In this document: in pieces, positions 27,026 through 39,700 of the stretch
Layout: every line of letters starts with the position of its first letter
Position numbering within the stretch: the first letter of the stretch is position 1
From: Amphiscolops sp. MND2022
Taxonomy: Eukaryota
Direction of reading: 5' to 3'
Assembly: GCA_964187785.1 (NCBI GenBank)
Contig: OZ076409.1
Location: 72,790,001 to 72,854,000 of the forward strand
Length of the DNA stretch: 64,000 bases
The notes under the pieces: model-generated
Database searches by the model: none
Told to the model about the DNA's origin: nothing
What the model saw: the letters and a program-made list of their open reading frames with translations, nothing else
Translations under genes and position numbers: made by a program

Positions 27026-28311
27026 GTGCCGGGATTTCCATTCGATAAGGAATTCTGCGCGTGTGGGTAGGGCCCCTGGCGCGCTCCTGTGTTTTCGGTT
27101 TTCCTACTCCAAATTCACACCCCAGTTATCTCCGATCTCGTAAACTATCCATACGATTTGGCTGAAATTTGGCACACGTACCCCCCTCGGCACGGTGAAG
27201 ATGATTTCCTACTGACGTTTTTCCCGCTAAACATTTTTTGTTGACCAAAATAACGGTTTTTGGGGTAAAATTTTCAACTTTTTTTAAATTTTATCTTATA
27301 TCTCGCCACGGGTACACGCTAGCGCTTCCAAACCTTGCTGACGAAAGTTTGCAAACTGTCTCAGGAATGCTGTGTGAAATTTTCAGCTCAATCGGACTTA
27401 AACTCGAGGAGATATAGCGTTTTTCCGGAGCGGGGGGGTTTCATTTTTCTAACGGTCCAGCTTATCTTTGCCATTTTTTCGAAAATGCACTCGCCTAAAG
27501 GCCTCCCCTGGCCGGTTTTATTCCCAGCAAAACCATTTGGCCCTAAATACGGAGTTTCAGCGTTCCAGCATTCCCGGGCGAAAAGTTGTGGGACTTAGAA
27601 AATTTCAAAAATTTTCAAAAATTTTTTTTCCGTTATTTGGGCCCCCAAAGTGGGGGAAAAGACCCCCCAACCAGTAAAGCAAGTGAATGCATGTGCAAAG
27701 CCCTTGTTTAGAGGAGAAAAATGCCGTTTAGAACGTCTTTTTATCTTGGCTCAACGTTGACTTATGACGTTTTGAAGGTGATGTTTGGAGGTGTAAATCA
27801 CGTGAATAGTAAACGTTATGAGTATTTATCTGATCTGAAAGCCATTGAGATGCAATATGGTTTGCTCAAAACGTAATTCATGGCAGTTTGGCAATCAATC
27901 AACACCCTTTGTTGTCGTTTGACATACTTTTTTGTTGTTATAATAAAAATTTTGTGTATTTGTTCATTTTTTTCTCATCAAATAACTTGAAACAGTTGAG
28001 TACATTCCATCCCCCCTTCCGGGGGAGATGAGAATGTACTCGCAAAAAGCAGCGAATTACGGCCCTTACCTTCCCGAGCTACGCAGTATAAGGATTACAT
28101 ATTGGTTCCGACATTTTCATAGAGTTAAATCTTGGTAATCTGTCTGGATATGCAGAAAAATCAGCACGTGCCTTTTAATACCAAGTTGCTCACAACGACA
28201 ATTATTTTATATCAACGCCCCCATATTTATCAACGCCCCCCGTCCGTGGGCATGCCGAGGCATGCCCTTCGACGACGTATACCAAGATATACATCGAGCG
28301 CGTTAGCCTAG

Positions 28312-30326
28312 GTGGTCGGGGTTTTCTCCCCACCTTTATTTGCGAGCGCGGGAGACGGGTCCTGTCGCGAGCCTTAGATACCAAAAATAGCCTATCCGCG
28401 ACCGGGTCAAAAAAATGCGATCTCGAAAACTAGCCGTACGATTCGGCTGAAATTTGGCACACGGCTTCCTATAACAGTTCTAAGAAACATTTACTACTGA
28501 CGTTTTGCTGGCAAAAATCGAAAAGTGGGTCAAAATAACGGTTTTTGGGGTAAAAAGTAGCGTTTTTTTGAAAATTTTGCATTTCACAGCCAATTACTCG
28601 GAAATGGTCGATCCAGCGCAGTAACGCCTTGCTGATTTATTGTTGGGCACGTCAAGAAGCGTACGTACACAAATTTTGGTCCATATCGGACTGAAACTTG
28701 GGGAGATATTAACGGTAGTTTGGGGGTTTCAAACCGCTATTTTACCGGAAATTGCACTTTTTGACCGGGAAGGAGTTGTCTGAGTGCGGGGTCGTCTGGT
28801 AATGTTTTGTAGAGCATCTGGGGACGTAGTGGGGGACATGTAATTTAATGACCCCGGTTAACCCCTCGGACGGGAAATGACCGTTATGTGGGTTTTAAAT
28901 GTGGCCCCCGCCAATTTTCCCCGTTATTTCCGGTGTGAAGGATTGGTAGTAGCGCGTCGGGTGCCTTATATCAAAAGTACGTTTAGACAAGGACCTATTG
29001 GAAACATGTGGTTTGGGACCCTTTGAACGGACCCGTTAGCCGCTAATGGGGTGACTGCCTCCTTTTTTTGGGGGTAAAACCGTAAAACGGGCATTGAAGT
29101 GAAATTAACTCGTGAACGCGTGGAGCTATCGTGTCCTTCACTACTACAAGGTTTCATACCCATGATATGGTGCCTTCAGGGGGGCGAACAGATTTCCGCT
29201 ATCTATCACCGTTACGGACTTGGCCTCCAGCCTAACCGCTATGTGACCGGAAATGTCACTTTTTGAGCCCAAAGTGTCGGTCCCAGCGTGGCAACGTTAG
29301 GTAACCTATTGTAGTACACATTGAGACGAGTTGGGGGATTTAGTTTCAGTCACACCCTGTTGGCCCGTTAGGTCGGAAATGACCGTTATGTAGTGAAAAA
29401 TGGGATTTTTATAGTTTTTGAAGGCCATTTCGGGCAGGAAGGAGGGGTAATATGACTTTGGACACCATATGATGGAAGACGTGAAGTGTGACCAGCATTC
29501 CGGATTAACCGTTATGATGACCCGGAAGTCCCCCTGGCCCCGGAAATGACCAAAAAAATGTAACATTTTGTGTTTTTTGATTAAAAATGTTTGTTATTTA
29601 ACCGAATAAAGTACATGTTAGGTGTTTCAATTTCTTCCAGAGGTGAATATAGTCCAATTACATGGTGGGGGGTAACGGTATATTGCCCCGGAAGTCCAAC
29701 CCGTTGGGTCTGAGTATGTTTTTCGGGTTTTAAAATGTGTCAAAACGTACTTTTGTGTAATAAATCTCTATTGTAGGCTAATAAGGACCATTTTTGAAGA
29801 GTTTAAATTTTTTCATAGTAGTTTGTGGAACACCAAAAACTTAAATAACATAACCGTTATAATTTGATAGCCTTTCAAGTTGGCCTTGTGTCAACTTGGA
29901 AAGGCTATCCTTCAAGACTCATGCAACAAAGAAGTTTTTGGGTACATTTGTAATGCTTTAGTGTCAATTAGAGTATCAACAAGAGTATACCAAGCACTAA
30001 AACTATGTCTAGTTTTCGTTATTAGGATATTAGTTTCCTGAATATTTGTCGGAAATGCTTTTTTAAATCTCTTTTAATGTGGTCTAAATACTCTGAAAAC
30101 ACTTTATCGAACCAATTTTCTTGGATGAACCTTAGTAACAATACTAAAAATCGTAGACAACCTTGCTTCGTTTAAATATTTGAAGCTGAAACCGCACCTT
30201 ACCGTTGCTCAAACTTCAACCCGACGCCCCATAGCATACATCAACGCACATCGTCTGTGGGCATGCCGAGGCATGCCCTTCGACGACGTATGCCAAATAC
30301 CTTTAACCCGACGCCCGCAGTCCTGG
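28312..30326 (+). repeat. Long cassette type L1 (2015 bp)
   Basis: Third near-identical L1 copy. Confidence 0.95.
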
Positions 30327-33300
30327 GTGGCCGTGTCTTTTCGACGTGCTTTTGCATCGAGGAGTGGGTAGGGCCCCGCGACGACCTAGAAGAATTGGAT
30401 GCTCACCGAAACGTGCAGAATTCTACGAGATCTCATAGTTTGAGCCATACGATTTTTCTGAAATTTGGCATGTGGCCTGGAATTGGTGAGTAGGTAAAAC
30501 GTGTAGAAGGTAATTTTTCCCAAATTCCACTGTGAGAGGAGATATGGGCAAATAACGGACCCAAAAATGGCAAAAATGCACATTTTTCAACTTTGTCAGC
30601 CAATATCTCTTTTCCAGGTGCCCGTAGCGTTCCGCACGTGGACATCAATATTGCTCAGCGCTGTTGGAGGAGTGCGTGGACAAATTTTGGTTTAAATCGG
30701 ACTAAAACTTGACGAGAAATTAACGGTTTTTTGGGCGTTTCCGGGGTAAATTTTTTAACGGTCCAGCTTATCTTTGCCATTTTTTCGAAAATGTACATGC
30801 CTAAAGGCCTCCCCCTGGCCGAATTTACTCCCAGCAAACCCATTTGGCCCTAAATACGGAGTTTCAGCGTTCCAGCATTCCGGGGCGGAAAGTTGTGGGA
30901 CTTGAAAAAATTTCAAAATTTTTTCAAAAATTTTTTTTCCCGTTTTCCGGGCCCCCAATGAAGGGGAACGACCCCCCAACCAGTATTTTGAGTGAATTCA
31001 TGTGGAAAGCCCATGTTTGGAGGAGAAAAATGCCGTTTAGCACATCTTTTTATCTTAACTTGACATTGACTTATGACGTTTTGAATGTGATGTTAGGATA
31101 TATGAAGCATGTTAAAAGTTGAAGTTTTGAGTCTTTATCTCATCGGAAAACCATTGAGATACAAGCAGTTTTGCTAAAAACGATTTTCATTGTAGGTTAG
31201 CAGAGTATTAGTACACTTTGATGTCATTTGAGTATATTTTTCTTCTATATAATAACTGTTTTTATGTATTTATTCCAATTTATCTCATCTTTTAACATCA
31301 AGCAGTTGAGTACATTTCATCTCCCTTTCGGGGGAGATGAGAATGTACTCGCTAAAAACCTAATGCTATGGCGCCAATGTTTGGATGGGAAGTTTTCTAT
31401 GCTTTGAAAAAAGTTATTTTTAATTACTTGATTTTTTAAAACAATAATTAACATGAAGTACATTACTTGCTCCTACTACTACCACCATACATCTCTAACG
31501 TCAACGCCCCCTGCTTGCATCAACGCCCCATCGTCCGTGGGCATGCCGAGGCATGCCCTTCGACGACGTATGCCAAATGCCCAGTGCCACGCAGTCTTTT
31601 CCCGCTAGGTGGCCGGAAATTTTTTTTTTCATCAAAATCTTTGCCATTGGGGGAGGGGCCCCGGATGGCCAGTAGTACGGGATAGCTTCCTACCAAATCC
31701 AGGCGGAAAAAACGTGATTTTGGAAACTAGCCGTCAGAATTTGCTCAAATTTTGCATACGGCTTCCTATAACAATCCTAAGAACTAATCCCTACTGGCAT
31801 TTTGCCCAAAAAACGCAAAAAGTTGGTCAAAATCTTAGTTTTTTGGTCAAAAAATGGCAATTTTTCGAAAAAAATTTTTTTCAGAGACAATTACTCGTAA
31901 CTGGTTCACCCAGCGCAAAAACGCCTAGCTGATTTATTGTTGGGCACTTCATGAGGAGTGCGTATACAAATTTTCGTCCAGATCGGAAAAAAATTGACTA
32001 AGTATTAGCCGGAATTCGGACGCATTTTTTCGCAAATTTTTGAAAACCTAGTCTATCTCTGCCGTTTTTTGCCCAGATTTTTTTCCAGGTCCTCTCCTAA
32101 AGGCCTCCCCTGGCCGGTTTACTTCCCAGAAAAACCATTTGGCCCTAAATACGGAGTTTCAGCGTTCTAGCATTCCCGGGCGAAAAGATGTGGGACTTAG
32201 AAAAAATTCAAATTTTTTCAAAATTTTTTTTTTTCGTTTTCCGGCCCCCCAATGAAGGGGAACGACCCCCCAACGAGGATTTTTGGTGAATTCACGTGGA
32301 AAGGCCTTGTTTTGTGGAGCAAATTGCCGTTTAGAGCGACTTTTTATCTTAACTTGACGTTGACCTCTGTCGTTTTGAATTTGATATTAGTATGTGTTGA
32401 GCATGTGAAAAGTTGATGATTTCAGTTGTTCTCTCGTGTTCAAGCCATTGAGATACAAGCGGTAGTGATCAAAATGTGATTTATCGCAATTTGGTGGTGC
32501 TTTTGGTGTATTTTGATTCTTTTAAATAAAAAGTTGTTCTTTATATATTTGGTGTATTGATTCAAATGAACAAGAAACAGTTGAGTACATTTCATCTCCC
32601 CCCTTGTGGGGGAGATGAGGATGTACCCGCTAAATGACACGCACAATGGCCCAATTTTATTTTTATGCGACGTTCTCTAGGCTTTTGCGCAAGCCCACTA
32701 AAAATTAGACTGGTTTCCTTTTCTTTTACTCCAAAATTTTCCGTACTAACCACCTTACGCACCACCAGCTCAACGTAACATCTGTAACGTCAACGCCACA
32801 CACTCTCACTAACGCCCACCGTCTGTGGGCATGCCGAGGCATGCCCTTCGACGACGTATGCCAAATAGCGCCACAGGGCGCCCAATTTTGTCTAGGTGCC
32901 GGGATTTCTATTCGATAAAGTATGTGGCGCGTGTGGGTAGGGTCCCTGGCGCGCTCTTGGGTATGGTGTTCACCAGCTAGGAAATAGGGGTCGATTTTTC
33001 GGGATCTCCTAAACTAGCCACACGATTTGGCTGAAATTTTGCACACGTACTCCCCTCGGCATGGTGAAGATGATTCCCTACTAGCGTTTTGCTCGCAAAA
33101 TTTTTTTTGTTGTCCAAAATAACGGTTTTTGGGGGAAAATTTTGAACTTTTTTTAAATTTCATCTTATATCTCGCCACGGGTTTACGCTAGCGCTTCAAA
33201 ACCTTGCTAAAGAAAGCTTGCAAACTGTCTCAGGAATGCGGTGTGAAATTTTCAGCTCAATCGGACTTAAACTCAGGGAGATATAGCGTTTTTCCGGAGC

Positions 33301-35495
33301 GGGGGGGTTTCATTTTTCTAACGGTCCAGCTTATCTTAGCCATTTTTTCGAAAATGTACTCGCCTAAAGACCTCCCCTGGCCGGTTTTATTCCCAGCAAA
33401 ACCATTTGGCCCTAAATACGGAGTTTCAGCGTTCCAGCATTCCCGGGCGAAAAGTTGTGGGACTTAGAAAAGTTCAAAAATTTTCAAAAAAATTTTTTTC
33501 CGTTTTCCGCCCTCCCCCCCGAGGGGAAAAGACCCCCCAACCAGTAATTTGAGTGAATTCATGTGGAAAGGCCATGTTTAGAGGAGAAAAATCCCGTTTA
33601 AATCGTCTTTTTATCTTTATTCAACGTTGACTTATGACGTTTTGAAGGTGATGTTTGGAGGTGTGAAGCACGTGAAAAGTAAACGTTATGAGTATTTATC
33701 TGATCTGAAAGCCATTGAGATGCAACCTGTTTTGCTCAAAACGTAATTCATATCAGTTTGGTAGTCAATCAACACCCTTTGTTGTCATTTGACATCTTTT
33801 TTTGTTGATATAAGAAAAAATTTCGTGTATTTATTCATTTTTTTCTCATCAAATAACTTGAAACAGTTGAGTACATTCCATCCCCCCTTCACGGGGGAGA
33901 TGAGAATGTACTCGCAGAAAGCCCCGAACTACGGCCCTTACCTTCCTGAGCTACGCAGTATAAAGATTGCATATTGGTTCCGACATTTTGATAGAGTTAT
34001 ATCTTGGTAATCTGTCTGGGTATGCAGAAAAATCAGCACGTGCTTTTTTATACCAAGTTGCTTACAACGACAATTATTTTATATCAACGCCCCCATATTT
34101 ATCAACGCCCCCCGTCCGTGGGCATGCCGAGGCATGCCCTTCGACGACGTATACCAAGATATGTTCGAGCGCGTTAGCCTAGGTGCCCGGATTTCTATTC
34201 ATTAAAGTATGTTGCGCGTGTGGGTAGGGCCCCTGGCGCGCTCTTGTGTCCCTGTTCTCATAACTGCAATTTCCGGCAGCATTCTGAGCGATTTTCTAAA
34301 CTATCCATACGATTCGGCTGAAATTTGGCATGTGAGTTCCTATGACAGTTCTAAGAAACATTTCCTACTGGCGTTTTGCCCGGAAAATTTTTTTTGTTGA
34401 CTTATAACGGTTTTTTTGGCCAAAAAATGCAATTTTTTCAAAAAATTTTTTTTTCGGAGCCCATATCTTTTTTCAGGGTGCCCGTAGCGGGACGCGTTAA
34501 ACTGATTATAAACTCTACGGTTCATGGGCTTTACGGAGAACCTAGGCTCGTTTCGATCGGACAAATAGTCTTGGAGATATAACGGCATTTTTTGGGAATT
34601 TTTTGGAAATTTTTCTAACGGTCCAGCTTATCTTTGCCATTTTTTCGAAAATGTACTCGCCTAAAGGCCTCCCCTGGCCGGTTTTAATCCCAGCAAAACC
34701 ATTTGGCCCTAAATACGGAGTTTCAGCGTTCCAGCATTCCCGGGCGAAAAGTTGTGGGACTTAGAAAAATTTCAAAATTTTTCAAAAATTTTTTTTCCGT
34801 TTTCCGCCCTCCCCCCCGAGGGGAAAAGACCCCCCAACCAGTAATTTGAGTGAATTCATGTGGAAAGGCCATGTTTAGAGAAGAAAAATGCCGTTTAGAT
34901 CGTCTTTTTATTTTAACCTGTCGTTGACTTATGTTGTTTTGAAGGTGATGTTTGGATGTGTGAAGCATGTGAAAAGGTAATTTATTTTGTCTTTAGCTCT
35001 TCTAAAAGTCATTGAGATACACGGTGTGTGACTCAGAACGTGTTTAATTCTAATTTAGCAATGCATCAACACTTTTTTGTGTCTTTTGACTCTGTTTTAA
35101 AAAATTTTTTTGACTAAAATCAAAAATTATTTATAAATATTCACATTTTTTTTCTGATCTCATGACTCGAAACAGTTGAGTACATTCCATCTCCCTTCAC
35201 GGGGGAGATGAGAATGTACTCTTTAGAGACCAGGTACTACAGTACTTACCTTCCCCGAGCAACGCCCCATAAAAATTGCGTTTTGATCCAGATATTTTGA
35301 CATAATTTTATCTTTGTAATTTGACTGGAAATGAAGAAAATGCCGCACGTGCTCTTTTATATCAAGTATCTTAACAACGCCATCTCTTTTACGTCAACGC
35401 CCCATCCTTGCATCAACGCCCACCGTCCGTGGGCATGCCGAGGCATGCCCTTCGACGACGTATACCAAGATATACTCCCGAGCGCGTTAGCCTAG

Positions 35496-36766
35496 GTGGT
35501 CTGTCCCGGTTAGGACATTAAAATAGGGCGAGGCCGGGGAGGGTCCCGTGCCGAGTTTTGGGTAGCGCGGAGCAGGGTTCAACATCTTACGTACCCCCGA
35601 CCAAAAAACGACGATCTCGAATCCCACCCGTACGATTCGGCTGAAATTTGGCATGCGGCTTCCTCTAGCGATTCTAAGAACTTTTCCCTACTACCATTTT
35701 GCCCAGAAATTATTTTTTGTTGACTTTTAGACTATTTTAGGGTCAGGAAGGAGCGTTTTTTCAAAAAAATTTTTTTCAAGAGCCCATATCTCGCTCCCAC
35801 GTGCTCGGAGCGGGTCGCATGTGGACGTTGATATTGCTGGGCACTTCGTAAGGAGTCCGTAGACAAATTTTCGTCCAGATCGGATAAAAATTGACTGAGT
35901 AATAGCCGCAAATCGGACGATTTTTCTCGAAAATTTTGGTACATCTAGTCTATCTCTGCCGTTTTTTGCCCAGTTTTTTTTCCAAGACCTCTCCTAAAGA
36001 CCTCCCCTGGCCAGTTTACCTCCCAAAAAAACCATTTGGCCCTTTTGCCGCAGTTTCAGCGTTCCAGGATTCCCCGGGTAAAAGATAAATGACTTAGAAT
36101 TTTTTCAAAAATTTTTCAAAATTTTTTTTTTCAACTTTAGGCCTCCCAAAGTCAAACAACTTCCACACAACTAGTATTGCAAGTGGATGCATGTGGAAAG
36201 TACTTGGATAGACGAGAAAAATGAGCTATTATAAACTTCTGTAGCTTGACCTGACGTTGACTTATGACAATTTTAGTGTGAGCTTGCTATGTGAGAAAAA
36301 AATTCAAAAATTGAAAATCGAAGCTAAGTTCCATCTAAAACTCATCGGAATCCGTTGAATCCATTCTAAAGCGGTTCAATTCCAGCTGTTAAGTGCAGCA
36401 ATACCATTCAAGGTCGTTTGACTCATTTTCATAAGTTTTGACACCGTCTTATCCATCCGAAAATTCGAAACAGTTGAGTACATTCCATCTCCCCTCCGTG
36501 GGAGATGGTAATGTACTCGAAAAAAGCCAAAGTCCTACCGCCCCATTCTACCCGGAGTGGTGCTAGCTATGCAGTAGCGTGAGCTCCAGGTTGTTTGCAG
36601 TAGCCTTTACGTATGTTGTGACTATGTATTACAATTATATCTCTTTAACTAAACATGAAAAAATTGTTTCAATCCCAAATTTTTTTTTTCAACTTTAGTA
36701 TGTATATACATATACAACATTATACAGTGTCGCCCTACTTGCCATCACAGTCATTGCCTGCACTGG
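35496..36766 (+). repeat. Divergent singleton cassette (1271 bp) lacking the GGGCATGCC palindrome
   Basis: Has the GAAATTTGGCA box, core and type A hairpin, but a unique head and tail; ends in CTGG. Confidence 0.9.
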
Positions 36767-39700
36767 GTGGCCGGAAATTTTTTTTTTCATCAAAATCTTT
36801 GCCATTGGGGGAGGGGCCCCGGATGGCCAGTAGTACGGCATAGCTCCCTACGGAATCCAGGCGGAAAAAACGTGATTTTGGAAACTAGCCGTCAGAATTT
36901 GCTCAAATTTTGCATACGGCTTCCTATAACAATCCTAAGAACTAATCCCTACTGGCATTTTGCCCGAAAAGCGCAAAAAGTTGGTCAAAATCTTAGTTTT
37001 TTGGTCAAAAAATGGCGTTTTTTCGAAAAATTTTTTTTTCAGAGACAATTACTCGTAACTGGTTCACCCAGCGCTAAAACGCCTAGCTGATTTATTGTCG
37101 GGCACTTCATGAGGAATGCGTATACAAATTTTCGTCCAAATCGGATAAAAGTTGATTGAGAAATAACTGAAAATTTGAGGCATTTTTTTGGAAATTTTTG
37201 AAATCCCAGTCTATCTCTGCCGTTTTTTGCCCAGATTTTTTTCCAGACACTCTCCTAAAGACCTCCCCTGGCCGGTTTACCTCCCAGCAAAACCATTTGG
37301 CCCTAAATACGGAGTTTCAGCATTCCAGCAAACCCCGGGTAAAAGATAAATGACTTAGAATTTTTTCGAAAAATTTTTCAAAATTTTTTTTTTCAAATTC
37401 AGGCCTCCTAAAGTAAAGAAAGTTCCACACAACTAGGATTGCAAGTGATAGCATGTGGAAAGTGCTTGAATAGACGAGAAAAATGAGCTATTATACGACT
37501 CTATAGCTTAACCTAACGTTGACTTATGCCAATTTTAGTGTGAGCTTCGTATGTGCTTGAAAAATCAAAAAAACCTAAAAGTCTTTTTAAGGTAATCAGG
37601 ATACGTCCAATCAACCGCAGAGCTGTTATATTGCCGTTGTGTAGTAGAGCAACACCATTTAGAGTGTTTTGACCCATTTTGACAAGTTTTGATACAGTCT
37701 TGTTCATCCAATAGCACAAAACAGTTGAGTACATTCCATCTCCCCCCTTGTGGGGGAGATGAGAATGTACTCGCTAAAAGTCAGGTACTATAGCGCCCAT
37801 TTTGTTTTATTCGACGCTAGTGATGCTATTGCACACGAATACAATAATTTTGTCAAATCATGTTTGACATGATGAATCTTACTATACATTTAGTGAACGT
37901 TTACCTACTACTACAACATCGCATCCCTGACGTCAACGCCACATACTCGCATCAACGCCCACCGTCCGTGGGCATGCCGAGGCATGCCCTTCGACGACGT
38001 ATGCCAAATAGCGCCACAGGGCGCAAACTTGTCCGCTAGGTGCCGGGATTTCCATTCGATAAGGAATTCTGCGCGTGTGGGTAGTGCCCCTGGCGCGCTC
38101 CTGTGTTTTCGGTTTTCCTACTCCTAAATAGACCCCCTGAATTCCGGGATCTCCTAAACTATCCATACGATTTGGCTGAAATTTGGCACACGTACCCCCC
38201 TCGGCACGGTGAAGATGATTTCCTACTGACGTTTTTCCCGCTAAACATTTTTTGTTGACCAAAATAACGGTTTTTGGGGTAAAATTTTGAACTTTTTTTA
38301 AATTTCATCTTATATCTCGCCACGGGTACACGCTAGCGCTTCCAAACCTTGCTGACGAAAGTTTGCAAACTGTCTCAGGAATGCTGTGTGAAATTTTCAG
38401 CTCAATCGGACTTAAACTCGAGGAGATATAGCGTTTTCCCGGAGCGGGGGGGTTTCAATTTTCTAACGGTCCAGCTTATCTTTGCCATTTTTTCGAAAAT
38501 GCACTCGCCTAAAGGCCTCCCCTGGCCGGTTTTATTCCCAACAAAACCATTTGGCCCTAAATACGGAGTTTCAGCGTTCCAGCATTCCCGGGCGAAAAGT
38601 TGTGGGACTTAGAAAAGTTCAAAAATTTTCAAAAAAAATTTTTTCCGTTATTTGGGCCCTCAAAGTGGGGGAAAAGACCCCCCAACCAGTAAAGCAAGTG
38701 AATGCATGTGGAAAGCCCTTTTTTAGACGAGAAAAATGCCGTCTAGAACGTCTTTTTATCTTAACTTGACATTGACTTTTGTCGTTTTGAAGGTGACCGT
38801 TAGATACGGAAAATTGATGTTTTGAGTATTTATCCCATCTGAAAGCCATTGAGATACAACATGTTTTGCTCAAAACGTGTTTCATTGCAGTTTCGCTGTC
38901 CATTATCACCCTTTGGTGTCTTTTCACGTAATTTTCGTTTCTATAATAACAATTTTTTTGTGTATTTATTCATTTTATTCTCATCAAATAACTTGAAACA
39001 GTTGAGTACATTCCATCTCCCTTCCCGGGGGAGATGAGAATGTACTCGCTAAAGGTCAGGAACTACGGTCTATATCTTCCACAACACAAATGGGATTGCA
39101 AATGGTTTCAGTTTGTCGCAGAAAACTTCTTTTTGCCCTCTGTGACTCGACAAAATGAACGTTTCTTACTTACTTTGAAACTCAGCATACCACAACTCAT
39201 CTCTAACGTCAGCGCCCCCCTACTTGCATCAACGCCCACCGTCCGTGGGCATGCCGAGGCATGCCCTTCGACGACGTATACCAAGATATACCTGGAGCGC
39301 GGTAGCCGCTAGGTGCCGGGATTTTCTATTCGACAAGTTTGCGCGCCTTGGGGAGGGTCCCTTTGCGCGCTTTAAGATCCAGGTGTTTCCAACTCCTAAA
39401 CGGGCATGTGATTTCGACGATCTCCTAAACTAGCCATACGATTTGGCTGAAATTTGGCACACGTACCCCCCTCGGCACGGTGAAGATGATTTTTTACTGA
39501 CGTTTTTCCCGCTAAACATTTTTTGTTGACCAAAATAACGGTTTTTGGGGTAAAATTTTCAACTTTTTTTAAATTTCATCTTATATCTCGCCACGGGTAC
39601 ACGCTAGCGCTTCCAAACCTTGCTGACGAAAGTTTGCAAACTGTCCCAGGAATGCTGTGTGAAATTTACAGCTCAATCGGACTTAAACTCGAGGAGATAT

